DNA of 64,000 bases from a virus. Lineage: Duplodnaviria > Heunggongvirae > Uroviricota > Caudoviricetes. The translations under genes and the position numbers were made by a program. Under the pieces are notes generated by a model. The model was not told where the DNA came from. It made no database searches and saw only the letters and a program-made list of their open reading frames with translations. Each line of letters begins with the position of its first letter. Position 1 is the first letter of the stretch. The stretch is taken from positions 1-64,000 of IMG/VR virus record IMGVR_UViG_3300021426_000007; one strand, written 5' to 3'. Positions 9,106-17,358 of the stretch are shown here, in pieces.

Positions 9106-10218
9106 TCATTCTCCGTAGTGTATGAGGAAGTCCGGGTCAACAGCCTTAAAGGACTGCGTACCGTCCAGGCTTCTGCATACTAAGCCTTCTCTATTAATAT
9201 CTGCCAGTCTGCTGGGACCATGCGCGAGGGTGATCATCTCTTCCACAGTCTTCGGAAGATATCCTGTCCCAATAATCGGAACCCAGGTAAGACCAAGCGG
9301 TTCAAGGAGGAGCTTCCCATCTGCCGATGCCCACCTTCCATCTCGGCTCGAGATGAAGTTGAACACGTACAGCTCCGGTTCGGTTCTCTTGTACTTGTTG
9401 CCTTGAATACCTGGCCCGATGACCTCACCCTGGATGCAGACCCAGTCACTCTGAAGGGAATTGCACAGGCCGATGAGTATCTGCTCCAGACCATACTTCT
9501 TCCACACTCTCCAGTAGGAACTGTTGTCCGGTTTACTCAGCCGGATATTCCGAGAGCAGACAAATGTTTCGAACTTCGGACCCCACACTTTATTGGTACG
9601 CTTCACGGCAAAGGTTCCGCTCTGGCCGTCAACCTTCTCAGTCATACACCATTGCTGGTCCTTATCCAGATACCACGGAGCATTCTGAATCCGGGTCTCA
9701 TCTGTCTTACTTACGAATTCCGGAAAGCATTTCCGTACTTTCTTAGGAAGCAGCCATTTGCCTAGCCACCCACGGAAGAATGGCTTCCTCAGTAGCCGGA
9801 GCAGCCATGCCGGATACTTCTTACTCGGTTTCTTAGACAGCAGATCTTCAACACAGTCTGTAGCATCCGGTCTTTCCCACTTTGTAATGCCGAGAATCTC
9901 TGTAACATCATCACCTTCAGATACCTTGGTTCCTACAGGAAGAATCGAGAGGGGGAAGGCAATACCCTGACTCAGACATCCGGCCATCTTCATTGTCTTG
10001 ATGCGTTTGTCTTTCAGGAAAGAACACCACTCAGCATCCGGAAGGATCGAGTCAATTTCACAGAAGACAACCAGATCGCCCGCATGGATGTCAGACTTCT
10101 GAACAATAACTGTCCACCCATCTATGTGGGCCAGTGCAATACGATCCCTGTTATGGATGTCATCCACCTTGCTAACTCGTCTGATTGTCGCCAGTTTTCT
10201 CTCAGCCATTGCCTTCAC
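9106..10218 (-). CDS. ATP-dependent RNA (or DNA) ligase, KxDG nucleotidyltransferase
   Basis: Motif I MTEKVDGQSGTF (KxDG) plus Rnl-like N-terminal region. Confidence 0.55.
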   Translation of the reverse strand: MKAMAERKLATIRRVSKVDDIHNRDRIALAHIDGWTVIVQKSDIHAGDLVVFCEIDSILPDAEWCSFLKDKRIKTMKMAGCLSQGIAFPLSILPVGTKVSEGDDVTEILGITKWERPDATDCVEDLLSKKPSKKYPAWLLRLLRKPFFRGWLGKWLLPKKVRKCFPEFVSKTDETRIQNAPWYLDKDQQWCMTEKVDGQSGTFAVKRTNKVWGPKFETFVCSRNIRLSKPDNSSYWRVWKKYGLEQILIGLCNSLQSDWVCIQGEVIGPGIQGNKYKRTEPELYVFNFISSRDGRWASADGKLLLEPLGLTWVPIIGTGYLPKTVEEMITLAHGPSRLADINREGLVCRSLDGTQSFKAVDPDFLIHYGE

Positions 10219-11125
10219 CCTTAATCAGTCCGGAAATATCCAGCATCGTGCCGTTCGAATTGCCGAGTGTGGTAGTTGGTAACTTGCCATCCCAGGCATG
10301 TACATATTCATAGTCGATCAGTTCCTGTGTTAAGGACTCGGAGATCTTCTTGTTAGAATCTGCTTCAGCCTCTGCTGCTACACGAACTGCATCGGCCTGT
10401 GCCTTTGCCTCGATCAGCTGCGTTTCAGCATTGATACGCGCCACTTCTTTATCCTTCTCGGCCTGGATCTTTGCTGTCTGTGCTTCGATGTTTGCCAGCT
10501 CCAGTTCCTGTTGTGCAGTAACCTTCTTCTGGATTGCTGCTGCCGTCTCATCGTCCACGCTGATGTCTGTGAAGTTAACTGTGTCAATAATGATCCCGTA
10601 CTTATCGAACTTGACCTTCAGATACTCATCCAGTTTTGCGTTAATATCCGTACGCTTGTCACCGAAGATATCGGTTACCGGATAATTCGCAGATACTTCC
10701 TGTGTCCATGCAACGATCTTGGGTTTAATGAAAGTATCCTTAATAACTTCGCCGGACTTTCCTTTAAATTTAATGAAGGTATCCGCGACTCTTGCCTCGT
10801 CGAACCGATAAGAGAACTCGAGATTCACTCGCACAGTCTTACCATCTGAAGTAGGAATGCTGAAGCTCTCATCGTTCTTCGAGTCTCCCTTTGACGCCGA
10901 TGTTAGGTACGACTGCTCGATACCAATGGAGTAGGTAGTAACCTTCTTAGTAGGCGACACCACATGCCAGCCCTGCGTAAGGATCTCTCCATCAACACCG
11001 CCGTTCATGTTGTAGACAACACCTACATAACCAGCAGGTACTCTCTCCAGACAGATAACCGCGCAGAGTAAAGCCATTACTAAGACTAACCCCAGCGCGA
11101 TCCCACCAATAAAACCTTTGCTCAT
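10202..11125 (-). CDS. SPFH/band-7 (HflK/C, prohibitin-like) membrane protein
   Basis: N-terminal TM helix, SPFH core (VPAGYVGVVYNMNGG...), long Ala/Glu/Gln coiled-coil C-terminus. Confidence 0.8.
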   Translation of the reverse strand: MSKGFIGGIALGLVLVMALLCAVICLERVPAGYVGVVYNMNGGVDGEILTQGWHVVSPTKKVTTYSIGIEQSYLTSASKGDSKNDESFSIPTSDGKTVRVNLEFSYRFDEARVADTFIKFKGKSGEVIKDTFIKPKIVAWTQEVSANYPVTDIFGDKRTDINAKLDEYLKVKFDKYGIIIDTVNFTDISVDDETAAAIQKKVTAQQELELANIEAQTAKIQAEKDKEVARINAETQLIEAKAQADAVRVAAEAEADSNKKISESLTQELIDYEYVHAWDGKLPTTTLGNSNGTMLDISGLIKGEGNG

Positions 11126-11328
11126 TCTTTTTCCTCCGTAAGATATTCTGATCTGTCATCTTCCAGATCTGTTTTCACGTTGTGCTTTACAAAGCTGATC
11201 TTATTTCCTACGTGATTGAAGTACGGACTCAGTGCCAACCACACAACCACGAGGACAAGAACAACAAAGAGCCAGAACACAATATTCATAGCTTCACTCC
11301 TAAATAACTGAGGATCATACAGCCCCAC
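11122..11328 (-). CDS. small membrane protein (possible NfeD-like partner of SPFH)
   Basis: One strong TM helix; overlaps the SPFH start by 4 nt. Confidence 0.4.
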   Translation of the reverse strand: MGLYDPQLFRSEAMNIVFWLFVVLVLVVVWLALSPYFNHVGNKISFVKHNVKTDLEDDRSEYLTEEKE

Positions 11329-11477
11329 GCTACGGTGATAAGGATCGATGCCCAGACCAGACCTTCAATTCTAAGAAACCCATCCGGCGAACTGAGAGAC
11401 CTACTAAGGACAATCGCCGTGCCGACAACTGCTGCAAGGCCGATGACCATCAGAGAAATTGATAACCAAAAACTCAT
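11286..11477 (-). CDS. small membrane protein (63 aa, two TM helices)
   Basis: ORF track; hydrophobic. Confidence 0.35.
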   Translation of the reverse strand: MSFWLSISLMVIGLAAVVGTAIVLSRSLSSPDGFLRIEGLVWASILITVAWGCMILSYLGVKL

Positions 11478-11578
11478 ATCTTCTCCTGTCCAAAATCTTC
11501 TACTTTCCTAATAGGGAAGTGGGTATATACCGTACAACGGTACGCGCTTAATATACCCACACCCCCTATGGTCGAGAC

Positions 11579-12052
11579 TTAATCCTTAAGAGACTCTGCT
11601 GTCTTATCGATCGCATGGTCGATCAGCACATAGTGCGCACCGACATAGGTCTCGTTTCCTGCTTCATCGAATACTTCCTTGACTGCCTTGTTGTACTCAA
11701 GCACATCTGTAACACGAATCGGAATGTGCTCTTGCATGCAGATCGTGATCTTGCTGGATATCTTTCCGAGACTCACAATCTTATCGGCGAACTCTTCGCC
11801 CTTCTCATCGACAACTCTCTGACGTGATTTCTGGACATCGTCATGAAGTTGTTCACGAACATCCTTCTCGTTCTTCGAAATAACTTTCCAGTCATCGTCG
11901 CCATCGAGCGGGCAAAAGTCGTTTCCGCATTCTTCGCACTCGTTGCTACAGAAGATCTCTCCACAGTCGTCATCATCGACTGTCCGCTTGATGTGGATTT
12001 CGATCTCGTCGTCGCCTTCAGCAAAGGCCTCAATAAGTTTCTCAATGTTCAT
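11579..12052 (-). CDS. hypothetical acidic Cys-containing protein (157 aa)
   Basis: ORF track. Confidence 0.4.
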   Translation of the reverse strand: MNIEKLIEAFAEGDDEIEIHIKRTVDDDDCGEIFCSNECEECGNDFCPLDGDDDWKVISKNEKDVREQLHDDVQKSRQRVVDEKGEEFADKIVSLGKISSKITICMQEHIPIRVTDVLEYNKAVKEVFDEAGNETYVGAHYVLIDHAIDKTAESLKD

Positions 12053-12066
12053 AAGAATAAATCCTC

Positions 12067-12357
12067 CTATATATCTACATCGGAGTTGAGATCTCCGGAG
12101 TAGTCAAATTCTTTCGCGTCGAAACTCTCGCACCACCAGTGCTTACACCAGTCATGATTGTTGATGTGGTCTATCTTGTGCCCATCGTACAGGCACCTAC
12201 CGCACTCCCATTCATTCCTGTCGTGCATCATCTTGTTGCAGTCAAGGCAGATCCGTACTCGTTCGCGCTTCTTCTTAATCATGCCGCACTCCCTCATATG
12301 GCTCGTAGAACTCATCAATCGGAACGTGCGATCCGAGTATCTCTCCTGCGCACTCAT
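12067..12357 (-). CDS. Cys/His-rich zinc-binding protein (96 aa)
   Basis: CLDC...CGRC...HDWCKHWWC. Confidence 0.4.
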   Translation of the reverse strand: MSAQERYSDRTFRLMSSTSHMRECGMIKKKRERVRICLDCNKMMHDRNEWECGRCLYDGHKIDHINNHDWCKHWWCESFDAKEFDYSGDLNSDVDI

Positions 12358-12865
12358 CGCACCACGGGCAGAACCATCCGGTACTTACTACAGTAGCTGG
12401 CTTGCCACACCCAATGCACGTCCGCCGAGATATGTCCTCGTACTTCGGAATGATCACATTGATAATCCGATCAGTTGCGCCCATACAATAGAAGCGGAGG
12501 ACTGCATACTTCTCTTTGATCTGCGTAATCCAGAAGTCATCGACACAGTCATTAGCTACAAGGTCATTCATGATCTCCTGCATCATGTCCTCACCGAAAG
12601 CGATTCGCCAACCATCCGGCATGTCATCGAGTTCGGTATACTCGAAGTCATACTCCGGGTGCTCTTCCGATGTACCGGGCCAGTAACCTTCCTCTCCATT
12701 CGGACCGCAGCAGTCGGTGATCTTCTTACCGGAAAACCTGTTGCGCGGAATCAAGAAGGGGAATCTCTCGCAGAGCTCTCTGTTCCTCTGCTTGGTTTCT
12801 TCATCTGTGAGAACATCCACATCATTGATGCGCGAGTTCTCCATGTCTGAATACATTCCCATCAC
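12275..12865 (-). CDS. hypothetical protein (196 aa) with CxxC...CPWCDEC cluster
   Basis: ORF track. Confidence 0.45.
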   Translation of the reverse strand: MMGMYSDMENSRINDVDVLTDEETKQRNRELCERFPFLIPRNRFSGKKITDCCGPNGEEGYWPGTSEEHPEYDFEYTELDDMPDGWRIAFGEDMMQEIMNDLVANDCVDDFWITQIKEKYAVLRFYCMGATDRIINVIIPKYEDISRRTCIGCGKPATVVSTGWFCPWCDECAGEILGSHVPIDEFYEPYEGVRHD

Positions 12866-13107
12866 GCCACCCCCGCATTCTCTGGATGGGCGAAGAACAC
12901 AGCAGTGAAGTCGAGGTCAAGGACTCTGCATACGCGGTATGCTTCCAACACAGACCAGTCACCATTCGCAAGGCGATTCATAACTGTGTGTCTGCTGACT
13001 CCGATCACATCCGCTAAGTCCGGAAGAGTCATGTGCTTCTCAGTCAGACGACTTCTGATCCTTGGTGTGTCCACCATCTGATTTGGATTACTACAATATC
13101 TAGCCAT
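12862..13107 (-). CDS. HTH DNA-binding protein
   Basis: TLPDLADVIGVSRHTVMNRL helix-turn-helix. Confidence 0.55.
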   Translation of the reverse strand: MARYCSNPNQMVDTPRIRSRLTEKHMTLPDLADVIGVSRHTVMNRLANGDWSVLEAYRVCRVLDLDFTAVFFAHPENAGVA

Positions 13108-13435
13108 TGGTTTTGCTCCTCCTAAATCGTATTCATTATGATGTATATTTATGCATAAACTGTATATTGCTTTCGGGATATCTGCGCTCCCGATAGGGTA
13201 TAACTTTTATTTCAAGACTCTTGCTAAAGGCCGATGCCCTGTCCCTTATCGCTGCCCTCCGGTAATATCTTTTCAAGGAGAGGAGGGCTAAGTAAGCGAG
13301 CTTCAGTAATCTATAAAGAAAGGAGGGTAGGGAGTTAAGTGCAATCAGCTAATCGAACTATCGAACTGCGGAGGGCAGGGATAAGAGACAGTTCATACGG
13401 CCTTCGGCAGTAGAGTCTTTTGGAGGATCGTACTC

Positions 13436-13849
13436 TCAGAATTCCGGAGCGGCTGGAATCTCCGCCCACCACCGGACTGTACTGGTATCTACTACATACG
13501 GACCGGATCGCCCTGTGTCGATTGACCAAGTCCCGTACGATACGTCGTAGTGCAGAACCGCATAAGTGTAAGGGCCTCGCACTGACGATCTGTACGCACA
13601 CAGGTAGTCGCCTGTTTCTCTTGGCTTGCTCAGCCTGGCCTGTACATAAGGATGATCGAAACCACGGAGAGCATCCACGCTCACACCCAGAGCCTTCGCA
13701 AGTCTCTCACCTGCTGCCTCAGTCGGCTGTTTCCCTGTCTTCTCTAACTCGCAGATAGTAGACGGGCTCACACCGGACATCTGGGACAGCTGCTTCATGG
13801 TGTATCCGCTCTTGATTCTGAGCTGCTTCAGATGGTTAGGCATCAGCAT
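13436..13849 (-). CDS. XRE-family repressor-like protein (CI-like candidate)
   Basis: LKQLRIKSGYTMKQLSQMSGVSPSTICELE HTH_XRE at N-terminus plus C-terminal extension; divergent from Cro-like gene. Confidence 0.65.
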   Translation of the reverse strand: MLMPNHLKQLRIKSGYTMKQLSQMSGVSPSTICELEKTGKQPTEAAGERLAKALGVSVDALRGFDHPYVQARLSKPRETGDYLCAYRSSVRGPYTYAVLHYDVSYGTWSIDTGRSGPYVVDTSTVRWWAEIPAAPEF

Positions 13850-14058
13850 TCGGTCTCGCCCCTCTCTATAATCTCAATCGGTGTCTGCGGTCTGAACAAC
13901 CGCTCGTCACTCATCTCATCTTCCAAAGGAAAGAAGTCTCTTCCTTCGTAATACTCTTCCGCTGTCATTCGGTGTACGATGATCGGATACATCCGCACAC
14001 AGATCGCCGCGCCAAAGAGGATGAGGAACCCATAGAATAGAATCTGTAGGATTATCAT
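13843..14058 (-). CDS. small membrane protein (71 aa)
   Basis: ORF track; N-terminal hydrophobic helix. Confidence 0.3.
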   Translation of the reverse strand: MIILQILFYGFLILFGAAICVRMYPIIVHRMTAEEYYEGRDFFPLEDEMSDERLFRPQTPIEIIERGETEC

Positions 14059-14239
14059 AAGCTGTTCTCCTTTTCTTTATGCTGCTTTGATTTGTCCAGT
14101 TAACTTCGCATGCCCTTGTCAACGTGGCTTTACTATAACGCAAATTGTCTAATACGTCAAGTAGAAATTTGTCTACCTAGCTTTACAAAACGGAGTGTAA
14201 TAATGCGTCAAAGTTTTTTACTATTTCGTAATAAATGTC

Positions 14240-14293
14240 TTGACAAATGTAAAGTTTCGTGGTATCTTAAATGTAGAATTAACTTTACATTTT
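14240..14293 (+). promoter_or_regulatory. sigma70-like promoter TTGACA-17-TATCTT with flanking inverted-repeat operators AAATGTAAAGTT / AACTTTACATTT
   Basis: TTGACA 14240-14245, TATCTT 14263-14268; operator half-sites 14245-14256 and 14281-14292 (exact inverted repeat), extra AAATGTA at 14269. Confidence 0.5.
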
Positions 14294-14299
14294 TAAACT

Positions 14300-14659
14300 T
14301 TGAGAAAGGGGGACGCCGCTGTGCCCGAGTTATCTGAATTGTTGGTTCGAAGAAGAAAAGATCTACACTTGACGCAGGAAGAAGCCTGCAAAAAACTAGG
14401 TATATCAAGAGCCTCTCTCGCTAACTATGAGTGCGGGAAGTTCAAACCAAAAGCACAGAATGCACGTCGTATCTCAGAAGTCTACGGCATCCCTCTCGAA
14501 ACCATCATTCGCAGTGATGATCTAGACGACGAAGATAGTACGTCATCTAATATGCAGGTTCTCTTTAACGAATTAAAGGGAGCTTCGGAAGAGGACATTC
14601 AGAAGGTAATCGAAATCGCCAGAGTCATCCGCAGATCGAGCGGAGGCAGAGAGTGGTAA
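14300..14659 (+). CDS. XRE-family HTH protein (Cro-like candidate)
   Basis: LTQEEACKKLGISRASLANYECGK HTH; probable true start GTG 14321 behind AAAGGGGGA RBS. Confidence 0.65.
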   Translation: MRKGDAAVPELSELLVRRRKDLHLTQEEACKKLGISRASLANYECGKFKPKAQNARRISEVYGIPLETIIRSDDLDDEDSTSSNMQVLFNELKGASEEDIQKVIEIARVIRRSSGGREW

Positions 14660-14790
14660 GATATCCGCGCCTCAGTACGACCTTTCTGCTGCTGTTTAGA
14701 TGTAAGCATTGATTGCTTAGAACTTGAACAGAATATACCACAGGGGATGCTTAGAACTCAACAACAATTTGCTTACATCTTGAACTTATT

Positions 14791-15171
14791 TTGGAAACAA
14801 GGCTGGTGAAATTAATGGCTCTCGATAAAGTTTTAACTGGAGACACCATAGGCGAAAGACTTATTAATGCCAGAGAAGAATGGGGCTATACGCAGCAGGA
14901 TGTCGAGAACGGAACTGGTGTTAAAAGAAGTACGCTGTCAAACTACGAAGCAAACAGGAGCGTACCAAGAGCTAAACAATTAAACGAACTCTGTAAATTC
15001 TATGTCGTTTCTCCAGAATGGATACTGTATGGAACTCCACAGGAGGATGATTCAGAAATATCTCCGCAAACAATCCGGCTAATGAACGCAGTTAAGGGAA
15101 TGAGCGAGCGTACTATAGAAGTCGTCGCCATCGTTGCAGAATCGCTGAAGGATCTCGATAAGCAAAAATAA
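14791..15171 (+). CDS. XRE-family HTH regulator (ImmR-like)
   Basis: GYTQQDVENGTGVKRSTLSNYEANRSVP HTH_XRE; followed by ImmA-like gene. Confidence 0.65.
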   Translation: METRLVKLMALDKVLTGDTIGERLINAREEWGYTQQDVENGTGVKRSTLSNYEANRSVPRAKQLNELCKFYVVSPEWILYGTPQEDDSEISPQTIRLMNAVKGMSERTIEVVAIVAESLKDLDKQK

Positions 15172-15195
15172 TACCAAGAAGGAGGACGACCAGCC

Positions 15196-15492
15196 ATGAC
15201 AATCTGTTCTTTAGTCTGGGGCAGAGATTACTTTGTCCGCTATGTAGACCTCGGAGTGGACCGGATCGGAGGTTACTGCGATTCGAATCATGACGGAACA
15301 TATAATATCTACGTCAACTCCCGACTCCCTGCATGGCAGGTCTGGCCTTCCTTCCTCCATGAACTCGCTCACTGTGCTCTGGGCCACCTAGATGAACGTT
15401 CGTATCTAAGCCATGACGAGAAGGAAAGGGAAGCCGAAGAGTATAAGTATAAAGTTCCGGTCATCATTCCTGTCGATGCGGCTGGAGGTTGA
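15196..15492 (+). CDS. ImmA/IrrE-family zinc metallopeptidase
   Basis: LHELAHCALGHLDE HExxH signature typical of ImmA/IrrE; paired with the upstream XRE gene. Confidence 0.7.
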   Translation: MTICSLVWGRDYFVRYVDLGVDRIGGYCDSNHDGTYNIYVNSRLPAWQVWPSFLHELAHCALGHLDERSYLSHDEKEREAEEYKYKVPVIIPVDAAGG

Positions 15493-15556
15493 CAGGTGCG
15501 TCCGTCTGTCGTATAGTATGTAGTGTCATAAGACTTCCTCCTATTAAACAAAAAAA

Positions 15557-15600
15557 GGCCCGTGGTAATTTACTAAATTACCACGGGCCGATCGTTTATT
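15557..15600 (+). terminator. rho-independent terminator
   Basis: GGCCCGTGGTAATT-TAC-TAAATTACCACGGGCC 14-bp stem followed by TTTATTTGGTATTTTT. Confidence 0.65.
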
Positions 15601-15671
15601 TGGTATTTTTGAGGCGTTTCATTTTGTGTTTTTGGGGAAAATTTACTCGTTCACAATTTCGTAACAACATA

Positions 15672-16114
15672 GGTTGACACAGTCGACATGGTCGACACAG
15701 TCGACACTACTTAGAAAAGACTAACTTGAGTTAGCCAAAACTAGTGCATAGTTGTGGCCAAAAAGTGTCGACCTAAAGTAGACAAGTGCCAACCTTGAGA
15801 GGCCAAGGTCGACACTAAAATACTAGACTGTGGTTGCGTAAGTGGGGTGTGTCGACCTGAAAAATGTGTGTGTGTAAAAACAGGTCGACATGGTCGACAC
15901 AGTCGACACTAAGTGATCAAAACCATATGAAAATATATATATTTATGTACTTTTAGTATAGTATTCTATAGATAAATAGTGTCGACCTTGGAGTTATAAG
16001 GTCGACACTGGAGGGCTCAGGTCGACACTGAAGAGAGCACTTTAGTGATTTAAAGTGTCAGGGTGTCGACTGTGTCAACCTATATTATACACAGAAAAAA
16101 CGGTAGGTCGACAC
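15672..16114. repeat. iteron array: about 16 copies of 9-bp (G/A)GTCGACA(C/T) in both orientations, plus AT-rich stretch at 15930-15978
   Basis: Forward copies at 15672, 15681, 15690, 15699, 15807, 15883, 15892, 15901, 16000, 16020, 16106; reverse (GTGTCGACC) at 15765, 15849, 15979, 16063, 16072. The array is bounded by mirror-image tandem blocks; (TG)6 at 15865. Confidence 0.85.
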
Positions 16115-16497
16115 TGATTTTAGGGGGTGTTAAGATTTCTTTACATGTACGTGAACGTGACGTTGAATCACGTCTGACTTCTTCTCTAGAGCGGATTGGC
16201 GTTCCGTGTATCAAGTTCAGTCCGGAGCACAAGGTCGGTATGCCGGACAGACTGATTCTCCTCCCTGGGGGGAAGTGCATATGGGTAGAGCTGAAGACAC
16301 AGGGTGGTCACCTCGCCGAGATCCAGAAGCTTCAGCACCGTAGGCTAGTGGATGCCGGACAAAGAGTTGAGGTCCTGTGGAATAAGAAGGATGTTGATAA
16401 TCTAGTGGCCGAGGTGAAGAGGGAAATCAGTATCCCTCGTGTAAATCAGTATCCCTTGCTCCTAGACATGATCCTGTTGAATGCAGCTTCGGCATAG
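16063..16497 (+). CDS. VRR-NUC domain nuclease (PD-(D/E)xK)
   Basis: GMPDRLILLPGGKCIWVELKTQGGHLAEIQKLQHRRL, the VRR-NUC hallmark. The listed GTG start lies inside the last iteron, so the true start is uncertain. Confidence 0.65.
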   Translation: MSTVSTYIIHRKNGRSTLILGGVKISLHVRERDVESRLTSSLERIGVPCIKFSPEHKVGMPDRLILLPGGKCIWVELKTQGGHLAEIQKLQHRRLVDAGQRVEVLWNKKDVDNLVAEVKREISIPRVNQYPLLLDMILLNAASA

Positions 16498-16709
16498 GCT
16501 TCCGGATCTATCTCCATCAGCTCTTCGTATTCTCTTTCCATCCGTGCTTCCTTGAATGCGTCGGAGGCTATCTTCTCTCGGATGGCTTCCTTGACAAATC
16601 GGTTGATCGATCCTTCCGGAAGCATGGCGAGAGCGTTGAAGATGTCTTGGTCTTTCCGGTGGCTGAGTCGCAGGGTTAAGTTGCTGGAGCTTTTCTTGTC
16701 GTGTACCAT
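16446..16709 (-). CDS. small ribbon-helix-helix-like protein, paralog 1
   Basis: SNLTLRLSHRKDQDIFNALAMLPEG resembles an RHH beta-strand/helix; paralog of the next gene. Confidence 0.4.
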   Translation of the reverse strand: MVHDKKSSSNLTLRLSHRKDQDIFNALAMLPEGSINRFVKEAIREKIASDAFKEARMEREYEELMEIDPEAYAEAAFNRIMSRSKGY

Positions 16710-16969
16710 TACTCGGCCTCCTGTTCGGAAGGTGTGTACACAAAGCCTTCCTCTGCCATACGAGCTCGGAGCAGCTCCTTTATGAGGCCTTGTTTGTTGT
16801 CTACGTTTTCGAGGTAGGCAAGGATGTCTGCGTCTGTACGATGGTTGAGGTTGACTCGTACTCGAGTGGTGTTCTCTGCTATGTAAGCAGTATTGTAGGC
16901 GCTCTTCCGTTTCTTCTTTTCTTCTTTTGTTTCTATCGTGATTGTAATAGGCATAGCAATATTCTCCAT
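16709..16969 (-). CDS. small ribbon-helix-helix-like protein, paralog 2
   Basis: TTRVRVNLNHRTDADILAYLENVDNKQG, same pattern as 16446..16709. Confidence 0.4.
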   Translation of the reverse strand: MENIAMPITITIETKEEKKKRKSAYNTAYIAENTTRVRVNLNHRTDADILAYLENVDNKQGLIKELLRARMAEEGFVYTPSEQEAE

Positions 16970-16990
16970 AGTTCTTTTAGAAAAATAAAG

Positions 16991-17036
16991 GCACAGGGCT
17001 CAGCAGTTATTGTATCATCCTGCCGAGTCCTGTGTC
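16991..17036 (-). terminator. hairpin terminator after gene 17039..17290
   Basis: GCACAGGGCTCAGCAG/CTGCCGAGTCCTGTGTC imperfect 15-bp stem; T-run on the minus-sense side. Confidence 0.45.
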
Positions 17037-17038
17037 AA

Positions 17039-17290
17039 TTAGTTCTTCTTTTCCTCCCATCTTTCGTGTAGTTGCCTCTCTGTTTCTTTTCCGATTGAAG
17101 CGGAGAGGCTCATGTATTTTTCTGACATCTGCTGTAGTTTCCATTTGCTTGTGTTGTCCTTCTGTAAAGGGATCTGTTCTTCAGCTGACTGCTTAGCTCT
17201 CATGAGAGCTATGCGCAGCAGGTATACTTCTTCAAGGGAGAGGGTAAGGTCTATTGTTACTGGTGTTTTATTCATCATCGTCTGCTCCAT
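17039..17290 (-). CDS. hypothetical early protein (83 aa)
   Basis: ORF track. Confidence 0.5.
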   Translation of the reverse strand: MEQTMMNKTPVTIDLTLSLEEVYLLRIALMRAKQSAEEQIPLQKDNTSKWKLQQMSEKYMSLSASIGKETERQLHERWEEKKN

Positions 17291-17358
17291 AGTCTCTGAT
17301 TATTTCTTCTGCAATAAGGTCGAGCCATTCATCTGCTGTCATTATATCATGTCCTCCA

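Noticed and set aside
15672-16114. Possible CRISPR array
   Set aside because: The repeat unit is only 9 bp and occurs in both orientations with irregular 0-34-bp spacers, which is not a 24-48-bp repeat/spacer architecture. There are no cas genes.
16063-16150. VRR-NUC start codon GTG placed inside the last iteron
   Set aside because: The extension is not rejected outright, but the first ~25 codons are probably an ORF-finder artefact and the conserved VRR-NUC region begins near 16,150. No in-frame ATG/GTG/TTG with an RBS was found, so the start is left uncertain.
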